NCBI RefSeq assembly: GCF_006345805.1
Contig: NC_043008.1
Location: 43,400,001 to 43,464,000 of the forward strand
DNA: 64,000 nucleotides
Direction: 5' to 3'
Origin: Octopus sinensis
Lineage: Eukaryota
This document shows positions 27,879 to 41,621 of the stretch, in pieces (position 1 is the stretch's first letter; each line of letters starts with the position of its first letter). The notes below the pieces were generated by a model. The model was not told where the DNA came from, made no database searches, and saw only the letters and a list, made by a program, of their open reading frames with translations. Made by a program: the position numbers and the translations under genes.

Positions 27879-29343
27879 ATCATTTTCCAGTTGTGACCGA
27901 CCAATCTTTTCTTTTTATGTACGTAGTATAACTAAGAGTATAGTATTCAGTATGCTCTTCTGCTTTTAAAGATGGTAGGACATAGTTCGAGAGTAACACG
28001 GCTGCTACTTCTAGCATTTCCTCGGACGACGTAAAACATTCACGCTGGCTCATCTGGATGCTTCCGTATTGGATCATGATGCGGTTCCTTCAATGGCATG
28101 TGCAAAGATGCTCTTATTGATTTCTGTTCCTGCTGCACTTTGTTTTTACGGTGCCCCAGCATGGCCACATGCACTGGTTGCAATTGTGAAAGAATGAATA
28201 AGAATCCAGCATTAGGAAGCTTTTACTTCGTTATAATTCCTGTTTAGTTTCCTAGTTCTACCTGATACCATCGTTTTATCTTCAACAACAGCACGAAGAA
28301 CATCAATTCATTGAAAATATTGTGCTTACATTTAGCAATGATAGGTAATTTGGGAAGAAAAACGAACCGAAAACCACACAAACAGCAATAAGAGTAACAG
28401 AGGAAAATAGCAACAACAACAACAGCAACAACAACATGTGTTTTAATAAATTTTAAGTTTCAGTTGTTTGTTGGTTTTAAATTTCGATTGTACTACTCTT
28501 GACATTGTGGTTATTAATGTTGTTGTAGTTATTGTCATTTTTGCTGTAGTTTTTGTTGCAAAGTAAGTTCTTGTTCATGTTGGTGTTGTTTTGACAAGTT
28601 AAACAATTTAAAGCTTGGAATGAAGTTAATCTTACGTCGTTTCTCACTGTGCAATCAAATTTCACATCTCACATCTTTTTAGATTTTCTATCACAGATTC
28701 CGTTATGGAGAGGAAGAAAGAAGACAGGAAAAGAGAAAAAGAAGTAACAAAAGAGAAGAGAGACTTAGAAAAAAGGAAAAAAAAAACAGACGATGGATAA
28801 ACGAATTTCGCAAACCAAAAAATTAAAATAAACAAAAATAAAGGTAAGAAGAAATTTGCTTCGGTTAGTTTAGAATAACGAGAGAGTGTGAGTGGTATGT
28901 GTATGTTAATCCGTGGGTGTATATATATGTTTGTGTGTTTATTTTTGTGCATTAGAGCCTCTTGCTTTCTTTTAGTTCTAAATAACCGCATGGAGAAAAT
29001 GTCAGATTCAATAGGTAATTTACAAAATTCAGATACCTTATAAAAGAAATCGTGATGTAAAACTTTAAAGATTATGTGTGTGTTATTTGTGTTTGCGCGC
29101 GTGTGTGTGTGTGTGCGAATGCGGTTGCTTATATGATAATATTTGCATGCATATATGTGTCTACATGTGTATGTGTATTTATATATGTATGAATATATGT
29201 GAATGTATACCTGTAAATATGAGTGTATATATATGCGTGTGTACGCGTGTGTAAAAATTATTCACACGCGGTTCATGTTTGGTTCATGTTTGTGTGTGCA
29301 TATATATGGATGTATGCATGTGTATATATATATATATACATAC

Positions 29344-29375
<32 letters not shown>

Positions 29376-29538
29376 CGTATATGTGTGTATACGTAGGTGT
29401 GTGTACATATGTGTATACCTAAATCTCTATTTTTCCATATATATATATGCATGTATGGTTGTATGTATCGATGACACATATACATATACATACGCGCGCA
29501 CCCGTACGAACATATATAAATATATGTTTACATACATA

Positions 29539-29752
29539 GGGGCAGGCATGGTTGTGTGGTAAGAAGCTTGCTTCCCAGTCACATGGTTCCGGGTTCAGTC
29601 CCGCTGCGTGGCACTATAGCCTCGAGCCGACCAAAGCCTTGTGAGGGGATTTGGTAGACAGAAACGGAAAGAAGCCCGTCGTATATATATATATGGGGGG
29701 GGGGTCTGTGTGTGTGTGTTTTTATGTATGTGTGTTTGTCCCCCCACCATCA
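29539..29752 (+). mobile_element. SINE family A 5' portion
   Basis: gtgtggtaagaagcttgcttcccagtcacatggttccgggttcagtccc...gaagcccgtcgtatata. Confidence 0.85.
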
Positions 29753-29779
29753 CGTAGATTCGCACCAACACAACTTTTT

Positions 29780-29945
29780 TTCCTCAACAGGCCCTCTCAG
29801 TTTTTCATTATCTCAAAACAAATCAAAGAAATAGATCCCATCACCTTCAATGGAAACCTGAACAAAATTCTTCAAGGGATACCAGATAAGCCACCAATAA
29901 TTGGATATATTTCGGTCAACAACAAATCCCTACATGAATGAGCTA
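29780..29945 (+). mobile_element. CR1-like LINE 3' end remnant
   Basis: KQIKEIDPITFNGNLNKILQGIPDKPPIIGYISVNNKSLHE; homologous to 5470-5668. Confidence 0.7.
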
Positions 29946-30063
29946 TGATACTACAAGACTTGACTTGAAAACGTATTAGCAGATCCTATAAAGTGGTGCA
30001 ATCTTTGGCCAAAACATATCTACGTTATATGTTAACTAAGTGTATAGATGTTGATAGATTAAT

Positions 30064-30173
<110 letters not shown>

Positions 30174-30450
30174 TGACAAACAGACTCATGCACACACACA
30201 GGTCAATATATAGATAGATAGCCAGGCAGACTATCTATAAAATCTGAAAATCTAACGGAGGCCTCAAAAGACATTCTAAGATCTACAAAGATCAAAACTT
30301 AACTGCAGCTCTTGGTGGTCCAAATTTATGTGGGGTGTTTTTTCAATACATTGTCTAGTTTAAAAAGCCACATCAGACGCCGTGATAGAGCTAAGATGTA
30401 AGTACAAGAAGTGGTCAGACTCTGCATAAGGTGTAGACAACTACCATGTA

Positions 30451-31330
30451 CACTGGCCAAAATAAGTTAAAGACTGATGATGACCGTTCTATTCGTTCAT
30501 TAATTTGATAAAACTGTATAAAGTTATTTTACTTTTTACAGTTTATGTAGAATTTTTTTCTCTTTCCAATGATATAGGCGTTATCTGTCTTTCTACAATT
30601 TCAATAATTTTAATGCGCAATTAATTCAAATGATTAGAAATAGGTTTAAAACTGCACTAATATTATGCAAATTAATAAACCGAATGGGTGGTCATATGGC
30701 TGGTCGTAGTGCACCGTTTTATTTAATAATCGCGCATTATTACATATTAATTAGCAATGCCAATAAGTCGTAGTATCAGCCTAATTACTAGATCAAAGAT
30801 CATGTTAATTCATCAGCAATATGTGTCCTTCATTAACATTAGCTAGCAATTAGGATACAGCAAAATGGCTTGTGTTCAAGCATGGAGGCTTTACCAAGCC
30901 ACTGGCCAATACAAAAATCGGCAAAAAACGGGCGTTCCGAAAAAACAACAGTACAGATCAATCGGCGTATTCTAAGGTTCTCTGAAGGTAACCGAATGCT
31001 AACAGCAGTGGACATTTGCAAGCAATTATCTGATGAAAGTGACATCAGCTTTACATCATAAGCTGTCAGAAAGGCCTAAAAAAATTTGGACGGTTCGGCC
31101 GGATCGCTAGAAAGAAGCCGACAATTTCTGAGACGAGCCGATGGAAGTGGATCAAGTTTGCTAAAACCAAATTGAATGGACGACCGGAGACTGGTCAAAA
31201 GTTCTTTGGAGCGACGAATCCTGCTTCTGCATCTTTGCAAACACATTACTTTCTGCTGAATGTATTTCACTTGGAACAGTTGGAACAAAGAATGGCAAAG
31301 AAACGAGCGCGGAAAAATGCTGAAGGCCAT
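30451..31330 (+). mobile_element. Tc1-like transposon remnant (TIR plus N-terminal transposase)
   Basis: TA|cactggccaaaataagtt start. Broken frames KTTVQINRRILRFSEGNRMLTAVDI, FGRIARKKPTIS and WTTGDWSKVLWSDESCF match the Tc1 HTH and first catalytic Asp. Confidence 0.85.
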
Positions 31331-31585
31331 TTGAACATGTTTATGTTATCACATCAAAGGACAGAAGACTATTATTTAAGAATTTCATTGCATGGAATTC
31401 GAAATAGTATTTTTTTCCTTTCCCACAGAACATCAAGAGTTTTCAACTTGGTCACGGCGGGTACATCTAGTATATATAAATATATGTGTGTGCATGTGTG
31501 TATATATGCATACACATTATCTATACACATACACATACATATATATAAATATGTATGTGAGTGTGTGTGTACATACAGTTCGCTG

Positions 31586-31634
<49 letters not shown>

Positions 31635-32284
31635 AAAGTCAGACAGAACAACTTTCTATATTTGATATATCTATTATTAAAAACCCTCCAGTGCTCGGCT
31701 GGATTTCTATCTCTTATTATGGCGCTTTCATCCTTCCTTACTATTCGTTTCATATTTTAGTTGGAGCACTAAATACTTTCGATTTCTTCTTCTTAATTAT
31801 TTTTATTTCTTTATCGTCTTTGACACTTCTAGACTTTTGATTTTTGATGAAGTGTATTCTTCTATTTTTATAACGAGTAAGAAAAATGAGGCAAATGTTT
31901 CATGAACGATAATATTGTTTTACTAGAAATGAAAATACTTATAAGTTAACACCCTGTAATTTTTCAGTAATCAGTAATTGGTCTCGGCTCATTCTATATT
32001 TTACTTGTGTTTATTTTCGCTCTGTGTTTGTCATGAATTCAGCTGCTATGATTAAACTTGCAAACTTTTTTTTCAGTGAATTCTTACATAAGACGTCTGT
32101 GTTATCGACTAATCTTTGGTGATGTTACGTAATGCGTTTTAACGACTCATTGTTGTAAATACATTATCAGTGATGTATTTACCAGCGTGATACTTGCGTG
32201 TTCAATCTGACTGTTAGCGCCATGAAATTTGTATCTGATGCTTTCAGAAAAACTTTGAATTTCATTATGCATCTTACGTTAATG

Positions 32285-32697
32285 TACATATGTATGTATG
32301 TATGTATGCATGTATGTATGTATGTATGTATGTATGTATGTATGTATGTATGTATGTATGTATGTATGTATGCATGTATGTATGTTGTATGTAGTATGTA
32401 TGTAATTATGTATGTATGTTTGTGTGTATGTATGTATGTATGTATGTATGTTTTTATGTATGTATGTATTATGTATGTATGGTAATGTATGTATGTAATA
32501 TGTATGTATGTTTGTATGTGTGTATGTATTTGTATGTATGTATGTAATGTATGTATGTATGTATGTATGTATGTGTGTATGTATGTATGTATGTGGTGTA
32601 TGTATGTATGTAGGTATGTATGTATGTATGTGTGTATGTATGTATGTATGTATGGATGTATGTATGTATGATGATGTATGTATGTATGTATGTATGC
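32285..32697 (+). repeat. (TATG)n microsatellite, imperfect
   Basis: Direct inspection. Confidence 0.95.
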
Positions 32698-32860
32698 TTG
32701 CATCTCCCCTGACACATGGGAAGGTATAGCTATTGATCGTAGCCGGTGGAGAAGGATTGTGCAAGAGGGAACAGCTACTTTTGAGAAATTTCGATTTGCG
32801 CATGAGAAAGTAAAGACAGATGTCAGGAAGGGCATGGCTGTTACACTTCCAGGTGGGAAG
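32698..32860 (+). mobile_element. RTE-BovB-like LINE C-terminal fragment
   Basis: ISPDTWEGIAIDRSRWRRIVQEGTATFEKFR matches the RTE WE..A.DR..WR motif. Confidence 0.8.
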
Positions 32861-32865
32861 GGTCA

Positions 32866-33055
32866 TTGGACTGTGGCCATGCTGGAGCACCGCCTTTAAT
32901 CGAGCAACTCGACCACGGGACTTATTCTTTTGTAAGCCCAGTACTTATTCTATCGGTCACTTCTGCCGAACCGCTAAGTAACGGGGACATGAACACACCA
33001 GCATCGGTTGTCAAGCAATGCTAGGGGGACAAACACAGACACACAAACACACACA

Positions 33056-33086
<31 letters not shown>

Positions 33087-33250
33087 GACAGACTTCTTTC
33101 AGTTTCCGTCTACCAAATCCATTCACAAGGCTTTGGTCTGCCCGAGGCTATAGTAGAAGACACTTGCCCAAGGTGCCACGCAGTGGGACTGAACCCGAAA
33201 CCATGTGGTTGGTAAACAAGCTATCTTACAACACAACCACTCCTGCGCCT
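32866..33250 (-). mobile_element. SINE family A (near full length)
   Basis: Colinear with 42410-42786. Confidence 0.9.
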
Positions 33251-33543
33251 ACATATATATGCATATATATGCATATATATATATATATTGTATATATATA
33301 TAACTATGTATATATATTTGAATCTCACTCACTCTCTCTCTCTCTCTCTCTCTCTACATATATAGGCATATTTGTATATAGCTATCTGTCTACCTATCTA
33401 TCTATCTATCTATCTATATATATATATATATATCTAATATATATATATAAATATTCATATTTGTACACACATATATATGCATATTTGTGTGTATGTATAT
33501 ATATATATACATATACACATATATACATATACACACACACACA

Positions 33544-33619
<76 letters not shown>

Positions 33620-34621
33620 CTATATAAGGAGGCAAAGACAAAGAAACTCCAAACTGATAGTAAATTTCCTTCCTTCTTTCATTCTCCTTATGCTTATTCA
33701 TCGATGTATGTATATCTGTATACACGCGCTTCTATAGTAGGAAGTATGTATGAATGCCACTTTCTGAATCTATGCATTTTTTGATAATTAAAGTGTGAAA
33801 TAAATGTACAAGTATGTATTTGTATGTGTGTGAGTCATTGCATGTGTGTGTGTGTGTGTGTGTGAAGTGGTCTGTATATGAGAACGTGTCGTTATTGTTA
33901 TCTATATTTAAATGGTACTTATTTTTTACAATTATTATTCCGCAGTATATTTCTGCGTGCGTGTTTGCCCGTTCATATGCGCGCATCTGTGAGCGTTTTG
34001 CGTTTGTATGTACTTGTAGTTCTGTGTTTCTATTCACTTGTACGTTCGTATTTGTGTGTGCCTTTATTTCTTTCTACCTGAATGGAACGCGGGAGAATAC
34101 ATCTTGACGATATCAAATATATAAACAATATTATCGAAAACAATAAGAATGAATGCTGTTGAAACTATATTTTCCCGTAAGTTTATTCAAATTGAGTTTT
34201 CTAGAATTGGATTTTTGCTTCAAGTAGATAATCTCCATAGAAATACTGGTGATTGTCTCTGCTACAGATGGAAACGTCATTGATTTAATATACATATCAA
34301 TCTTCTATAAACGGTTATCAATCTTCAGATCAATTCTCAGAAAATACTTTACGCTTTAACCAATCTGTATGGTTGATTACAGAAAATAGTCTCACGTGAA
34401 TATTAGACAAGTAATGATATTAACGATAAACTTTTAGAGAAAGATATAATTCTATAACAAAACAATTATTATTTTCATCATCGGTGTTTTAAGACATGGC
34501 CCAGTGATTCAGAAGTTTGCTTTGCAATTATGGCGTATAGTGATCGATCCCACAAACTAGCAGCTTGAGCAAGCTAAGGTTTAAGCTAAGTGTACATCCT
34601 AATTCAAAAAACTAACTACAT

Positions 34622-34769
34622 AATTTACATTATTTACATTTGACGGATATTTGTCCTCATCTTGTTTGTTGTTAACACAACATTTCGGCTGATATAGCCT
34701 CCAGTCTTCATCAGGTGTCTTCGGGAAATTTCGAACCTTATCATTGCTAAGGTTTTTTTGATGTTGTTG

Positions 34770-34814
<45 letters not shown>

Positions 34815-35090
34815 TATGTTTGACTTTTGCTTTATATTTTTACAAGTTGGCTCCAAGTCACACCCAGAGACCTCAAGAGACAACAGGTTGGAAGTTCACG
34901 TTGTTGTTATGCCTAGTGTGCCATATATTTGGTTGTTTTTTGTGTTGTACTAGAGGATGTCTAAAAAAAAATTAAATAGAATAAAAAATAAATTATTATT
35001 ATTATTATTATTCAGGTAACTGCCTGGAATCGAACTCGGAATCCTGGGGTTAGTAGCCTGTGCTCTTAGCCACTACGCCATATGTCCTGG
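34622..35090 (-). mobile_element. Family H1: tRNA-like Pol III head, (AAT)n, hammerhead-motif tail
   Basis: Minus strand: tggcgtagtgg (A box), gagttcgattcc (B box), (AAT)n tracts, then gacac-CTGATGA-agactggaggctatatcagcc-GAAATGTT-gtgtt at 34714-34674 and a tail ending aatgtaaataatgtaaat. Confidence 0.7.
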
Positions 35091-35403
35091 AACATATGGC
35101 GTAGTGGGCATATAGAACTGTAAAAACTAACTAGTTCTCATAATTACCTAACTGTCCACTTACTACAGACAACAGACACAAACGCATACACAAATATATG
35201 CACATGTGTGTGTGTTTGTGTGTGTTTGTGCGTGTGTGTGAATGTGTGAATGTGTGTGTGTGTATATGTATGTATGCATGTATATATGACGGGATTCTTT
35301 CAGTTTCCGTCTACCAAATTCTTGTATATATAAAATCCTTAAATCCTTAAAAATGTTTCAACCCGAAGGCTGCGGCCATATATGTATGTATGTATATATA
35401 TAT

Positions 35404-35406
<3 letters not shown>

Positions 35407-35469
<63 letters not shown>
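35407..35469 (+). repeat. (GT)n microsatellite
   Basis: Direct inspection. Confidence 0.95.
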
Positions 35470-35471
<2 letters not shown>

Positions 35472-35699
35472 CAATTAGCTAGTTTTCGATACCGGGTCTG
35501 AAGTTTGCTCCGGCATCTCAATAATTGATGAGATGCCGGAGCAGACTTCTGAAACTCTGAGTTTTATTATGACAACCAACTAATTGTCACATATATTTAT
35601 AGATAAATTCCTCTATTTTACATAATATCGAAGTCTCATTCATTCTTTTGTTGTCATATTATTATTATTAATATATTATTATTATTATTATTATTATTA

Positions 35700-35752
<53 letters not shown>

Positions 35753-36054
35753 TGATAGATAGATAGATAGGAGTGTGATTTAATGTAAATGTACATTCAT
35801 ACACAGACGTATATTTCATATTATCATACAAACATGCATTCATACGTACATACATATAGGCACATATAATTATATACACGCACACATGCACATACACACA
35901 CATATACACACACATATATACACACATACATGCATACATACACATATATATTCATTTTTCTGTGTATGTGTGCGTGTGTGTTCTACTGGGCTGAAATTCG
36001 GTTGTGCGCATCCATAGACTTATGTGTGTGTGCATAACTATGGACTTACGTGTG

Positions 36055-36109
<55 letters not shown>

Positions 36110-36364
36110 ATACATATTTGGAAGTGCGTACGCGCGTGTGTGTGCGCGCACGCGAGCGATACATTTTCGTGGTAGACGTTAACATTATGTTATTTCATGC
36201 TCTCAAGACTACGGGAATATATTGCTAATAAAAATCTAACTCAGCTCTTTATATGCTTCTTATCTTTGTCAATTCTTGAACACAAGTATCTCCTTTAATG
36301 GACACTTCTCCGCTATATCTGGATGTCACTGAACGTCCATTAGACTAGTCAATGCGTAACATTG

Positions 36365-36527
36365 CCTAACGAAAACAACTACAACACAAACAACAACAAC
36401 TACGATAATAGTAATAATAAGACGAACAACATCATCATCAACAACAACAACAACAATAATAATGATAATAATAATAATAATGATAATAATGATGATGCTG
36501 ATGATGATGATGATGATGATGATAATG

Positions 36528-36586
<59 letters not shown>

Positions 36587-36590
36587 TACG
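36365..36590 (+). repeat. Compound (AAC)/(AAT)/(GAT) microsatellite
   Basis: Direct inspection. Confidence 0.95.
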
Positions 36591-37251
36591 ATAGAGATAA
36601 TAAAATTTAGTATGGGTGGAAAAATTGGAAAAGCGGTTGGAATTTATGACTTGTAAAAACAAAAAAATGATAGAAGCACTGATTTTTTTTAGCTCTTGAT
36701 AATTGTTTTTTAGAATTTTTCTTTTCATTTTGCTGTCAATAATAATGTCACTTTAAATAAAATGGTGCTTCCTCGATGGTTCCTTCATGTTTTTTGTTCG
36801 TTTTTTTTGTGTGTGAATGAAATAATTTTTGTTATTTTCTTTTTCGATTCATAGCTATGTGGTTGATGACAACTTTCTAATGGTTGTCGTGAGATTACTT
36901 TCCAACAGTGACGTTACTAATGAAGCCAAATTTTGTAAAACAAGTCACAAAATCTTTAAAATACTACAATACAATATTAACGTTTAAAAACACATTTTAG
37001 ACTAAATTATTTTATTGTGTACACGATATCCACTTAGTAACACAAAATTTACAACCTCAACACAGAACAACTAATTGCACTAAGATCAGATTAGACAGTG
37101 ATGACCTCAAAACATGCACCATATCATACGCTCAGTACAGAAAAACCCACAGGAACAGGAAATTATAAACTACCACAAGTTCAGATTTTTCATTCTCTCA
37201 TATAACCAAACGCTTACGTTGTGTGTGTGTGTATGGTGTGTGTGTGTGTGT

Positions 37252-37289
<38 letters not shown>

Positions 37290-37324
37290 CGCATATATAC
37301 ATTTCAAAATGTAATCACATGTGA

Positions 37325-37505
37325 ATCGTTGGCGATATTCTTCTTCTGTCTTCCTTTCGATAGGACTTTCCTCCGTTCCTGAAGAAGAGCGTTGCACGAA
37401 ACGTTAAACCATCTCTCTTTCCATCCCTGAGCGTCTGCTAATACTTTATATGTACCACGTCCTCGCGTTTTTATTTTTTGTGTTCGTTCATCGTTTTGGG
37501 GATTT
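37325..37505 (+). mobile_element. Short hammerhead-motif repeat, family H2
   Basis: gttc-CTGAAGA-agagcgttgcac-GAAACGTT-aaac at 37375-37409; homologous to 18890-19090. Confidence 0.6.
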
Positions 37506-37822
37506 ACTATATATATATATATATATATACATATATATATCTCACAGTTGTCACTTGTGAAATACGGCTGTCACTGCATAAATCTGATGATTGCGTAACG
37601 CATGAAAGTACTAGTTTATTTCGATATTGTAAAATTGGAAAATCGTTGGAATTTTAGTGATTAATATATTCTTCTTTTCAAAATCATACAAGCTCTTATA
37701 CACACACACACACACACATATATATACATATATATATATATATATACATATATATAATATATTATATATATATATTATATATATATATTATATATAATAT
37801 ATATATATATATATTATTATAT

Positions 37823-37856
<34 letters not shown>

Positions 37857-38648
37857 CATATATAAGGAAGATAGATCGAGAGAGAGAGAGAGAGAGCGGA
37901 ATTAGAACCACTAAGCAGTGATGTATACGAATACTTGAGACATTCCAACCCGTATGAACACCTAAGAAACAGTTAAATTACTAACTTTTCAATACCTGTG
38001 TTATAAATAAAATGCACCAATTTGTCTGATGTACGTGTGTACGCGTGTATACATGCGTGTGAATGTATGCATACATAAGGATGTGTGTCTCTCTAGTTTG
38101 GTATGCGTGTTCACTGCTTGAAAAAGTACCGTTTAGTCTTCTAACATTAATCAACTTTACTTTTTTCGTTATATATTAGAAACTGATAAGTAGTAACATT
38201 GTAGGTGAGTGGTTGGATCTAAGTGTGTAAGAGAGAGAGGGAGAGAGAAGGAGAGAGAAAGAGTGTAGGTCTAAGTATGAAGGAATATGTACGTGAATCT
38301 ATGGGAATTTGTATGAGTCTGTGTGAGCATGTGTGAAATGTTCATGCGACTGTGTGTATTTGTGTGTGTGTGTGTGTGTGTTTGTGTGTGTGTGTTTGTG
38401 TGTGTTGTTTTCATTAAAGAACTGCAGTTTTCTCTCAGAGTATTCATCATTCCCGTTTCCTTTTGTTAAAATATTAGAAATAAATATCAAGGAATAATGA
38501 GCATATGTGGTGTGTATGTGTGTGTGTGTGTGTGTGTGGTGTGTGTGTGTGAGTGAGTGATTTGCATATGTGTGAGTATGTGAGTGCGTATAGATATGTG
38601 CGTGTTATAGATTGTCTAAAGAGTATGTGAGTGTGTAAAGAGATGTGT

Positions 38649-38988
38649 ATGGAGGTGCAATGGCCCAGTGGTTAGGGCAGCGGATCTCGGTTTTGATTCC
38701 CAGACCGGGCGTCGTGAGAGTTTATTGAGCGAAAACACTTAAAGCTCCACAAGACTCCGGCAGGGGGTGGTGGCGGACCCTGCTGTACTCTTTCACCACA
38801 ACTTTCTCTCACTCTTTCTTCCTGTTTCTGTTGTACCTGTATTTCAAAGGGGCCAGCCTTGTCACAGTCTGTGTCACGCTGAATCTCCCCGAGGACTACA
38901 CGTTAAGAGTACACATGCCTGTGGAGCGCTCAGCCACTTGCATGTTAATTTCAAATGGAACCCTTATCGCCGTAACCGACGGAGTGCC
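38649..38988 (+). mobile_element. SINE family C head plus tail X
   Basis: Colinear with 27496-27878, with small internal deletions. Confidence 0.9.
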
Positions 38989-39645
38989 ATCATAGATATG
39001 TGTGTATAACTGTTTCCAGGTACTTGCGAGTAGGGAAGTGTGTGTGTCACTACGACTACGCGTGTTTAAATGGAAATGTGATGTGAGTGCATGCGTGTGT
39101 GCGCGCATCATCGTGAATGAATAATCTTCATGTGTGGGAAAAGGATGTGTGTATATGAGTGTGTGAGTATCTGAGTAAAAATATGTGTGAATGACTACGC
39201 TTGTGTATGTAAGTCTGTGTGTGTGTGTGTGTGAGGATGAGTGTAATAGAAACTATATTTTTAATTCCGGACCACAATTAATATGCTAATAAATTTTCTG
39301 TATTTTCAAAATCCGATTTATCAACTCTAAATGTTTTGTAAATATTTAAAAAGAATAATCATTCTAGCTTTATATCTATCATTCATTTTTATTATTATTT
39401 TATTATTATTTATGTTATTTTTTATTTATATAGGTTCCTGTTTCTACAGTTTGTGGTGGGGGGTGCCATTATAGATGGTGAGGATGACTTTTAAGAAGAA
39501 ACGATAATTTATTAGTTGTAAATAATGTATAGGTTTATAATTATCATAATTCAGCGACATTTTCCTGTGAGTTCCGAAAATGTTTGCTACATACCAAACA
39601 ACAGATACAAAAGAGGAGTTTTTGTATAACTTAAATTCATTTTAT

Positions 39646-40000
39646 TTAACCCTTTTTTTACCATATTTATTTTGAGATGCTCTGTGTTTCTTTCAATTAA
39701 TTTTAAATCTAACAAAGAATTTAGTAAAATAACTTAGTTATCATTAAGCTTGTGTTAGGAACATCAATTGTGACTAAGGTTTGGTGGAAGCTTTTAATTT
39801 AGAACTTACGAAAACAAGACATTTATACTACAGAGCCAGAGGCAGTTCCAGCTGGGTTGGTATCAAAAGGGTTGATGCCTTAACCATTTTGCTATCATAT
39901 TTATTTTGAGATGTTCTGTGTTACTTTCAATTAATTTTAAATCTAACAAAGAACTTAGTAAAATAACTTAGTTATCATTAAACTAGTGTTAGGAAAATAA
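39646..40000. mobile_element. piggyBac-like MITE followed by a partial tandem copy
   Basis: TTAA|CCCTTTT (39646) ... AAAAGGG|TTGA (39875). A second copy starts TTAA|ccatttt at 39880 and repeats about 110 bp. Confidence 0.65.
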
Positions 40001-40514
40001 ATTGGTGGTGGCTAGAAGGGCAGGTCACATGACCTCTTCTAAGGTCTTCCTGCCTGGAGAGAAGAAAGGAAAAGCTGCCGCTGGAGTAAAATTCTATCCA
40101 TGTCTATAACAGAGTGGAATCCACTAAATCTCCTGCGACCTTAGAAATGGTGTTAACTTGGAACCCGGAATAAACTTGCCACATTAAAACTGGAAATGTT
40201 CCTTCAATGGAATTTTTCACGTAGTCTCTCACCATCAAATTTCTTTCAGAAAAATTTGGTTGTTATGAGAGTGTGGTAAAATCATTTTCCCAAGATGCCG
40301 TGGTGTGGAATCGAACTAGAAAACATGTAGTTCGAAAGTAAACCACACAATTATGTCTCCATCTGTAGATTTTCTAAACTGCTCATGTAACCAAAATGAT
40401 TTTCACGTTGTATTTAAGACTACATCATCCATCAGCCTTCTTCTTTTAAAATACCGTAGTGTATTGTTCGAGTGATATATAGCTGTTGTTTCCAGCAAGT
40501 TTGGAAATACAAAG

Positions 40515-40516
<2 letters not shown>

Positions 40517-40594
<78 letters not shown>
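40517..40594 (+). repeat. (AAAG)n microsatellite
   Basis: Direct inspection. Confidence 0.95.
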
Positions 40595-40597
<3 letters not shown>

Positions 40598-41496
40598 GAG
40601 AAATGGAAAGGTTTTTAAGGAGATGAAATGATTTATATATCGTAAGAACATGATTGTTGGTGAGAAAGCTAAACCTAAGAAGATATGATGTAGAAGGAAT
40701 AATATTTTTAGCTGTGTAACAAGCTCCTCGGCTCGCACAGTAAACGACATCAATGTGGTTTTGTTTTTTTTGTTTTTTTGGTTTTTTAAGATATCACCAT
40801 TGAATCACCCTAATATAGAACGCGTGGTGATAATAGAGAGAGAAAGAGAAGAGATAGAAAGTGTAGCGCATATCATAAGGTAATAAAGTAAACAGATTCA
40901 AGATGGCAGATGACAAAAGACACGTCATAGCGTTGCACAGATTGTGCATTGTTCCGTGGGAATTGCGGAGAAACTGCGATTAACAAAGAGTGGAGAAATG
41001 ATAAAAATACAAACCCTTTGGTATAATCGAATAAAAAAAAATACGAAGAATAAAGAAACGTAGAATTCCTTTGATATTTCGATATTCAATAGAGTTTGAT
41101 AAAGAGAAATAAGATCCAATATACTTTTCGGTGGTTGGAATGACGAAATTGGCATGTGGAATTAGCGATAGAGTATCTGGCAAGACAAGGTAATGCTTGG
41201 TAGAACTGGGATTAAGGAACAACGCGAGGAATATGGAGAAAAAGCAGGGTCTCATGTGTGTGATATTGTAAGGATATCAACTCTGGAGATGATATCTCGA
41301 ATATCAACAGCAGCTGCACACTACCTCTATTAATGTTTTCTCTCAGATTGTATAAGTGATGTTTTACTGTTTACCTTCTACATTTAATAGACAATTCAAA
41401 AATTGGGACAGTATGTGTGTGGGTGTGTGTGTGTGTTGTGTGTGTGTGTGTATGACAAAAAACAACTGTTGCTAAAGTGTAGCAACAGCGACTACG

Positions 41497-41498
41497 GC

Positions 41499-41560
<62 letters not shown>

Positions 41561-41590
41561 TGATGATAATAATAATAATAATAATAATAA

Positions 41591-41621
<31 letters not shown>

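Noticed and set aside
28094-28198. Signal-peptide-like MACAKMLLLISVPAALCFYG
   Set aside because: No credible donor site, the frame ends after 34 codons, and the 3' part matches the SINE A tail (ggtgccccagcatggcca).
30359-30397. 39-nt AG...GTAAGT bounded segment
   Set aside because: Too short to distinguish from chance, and its phase (2) does not fit the other candidates.
35015-35090. tRNA-like sequence (also the heads at 5090-5170, 27496-27570, 46665-46740 and 54818-54885)
   Set aside because: A/B boxes are present but there is no complete cloverleaf or acceptor stem, and they continue into SINE bodies.
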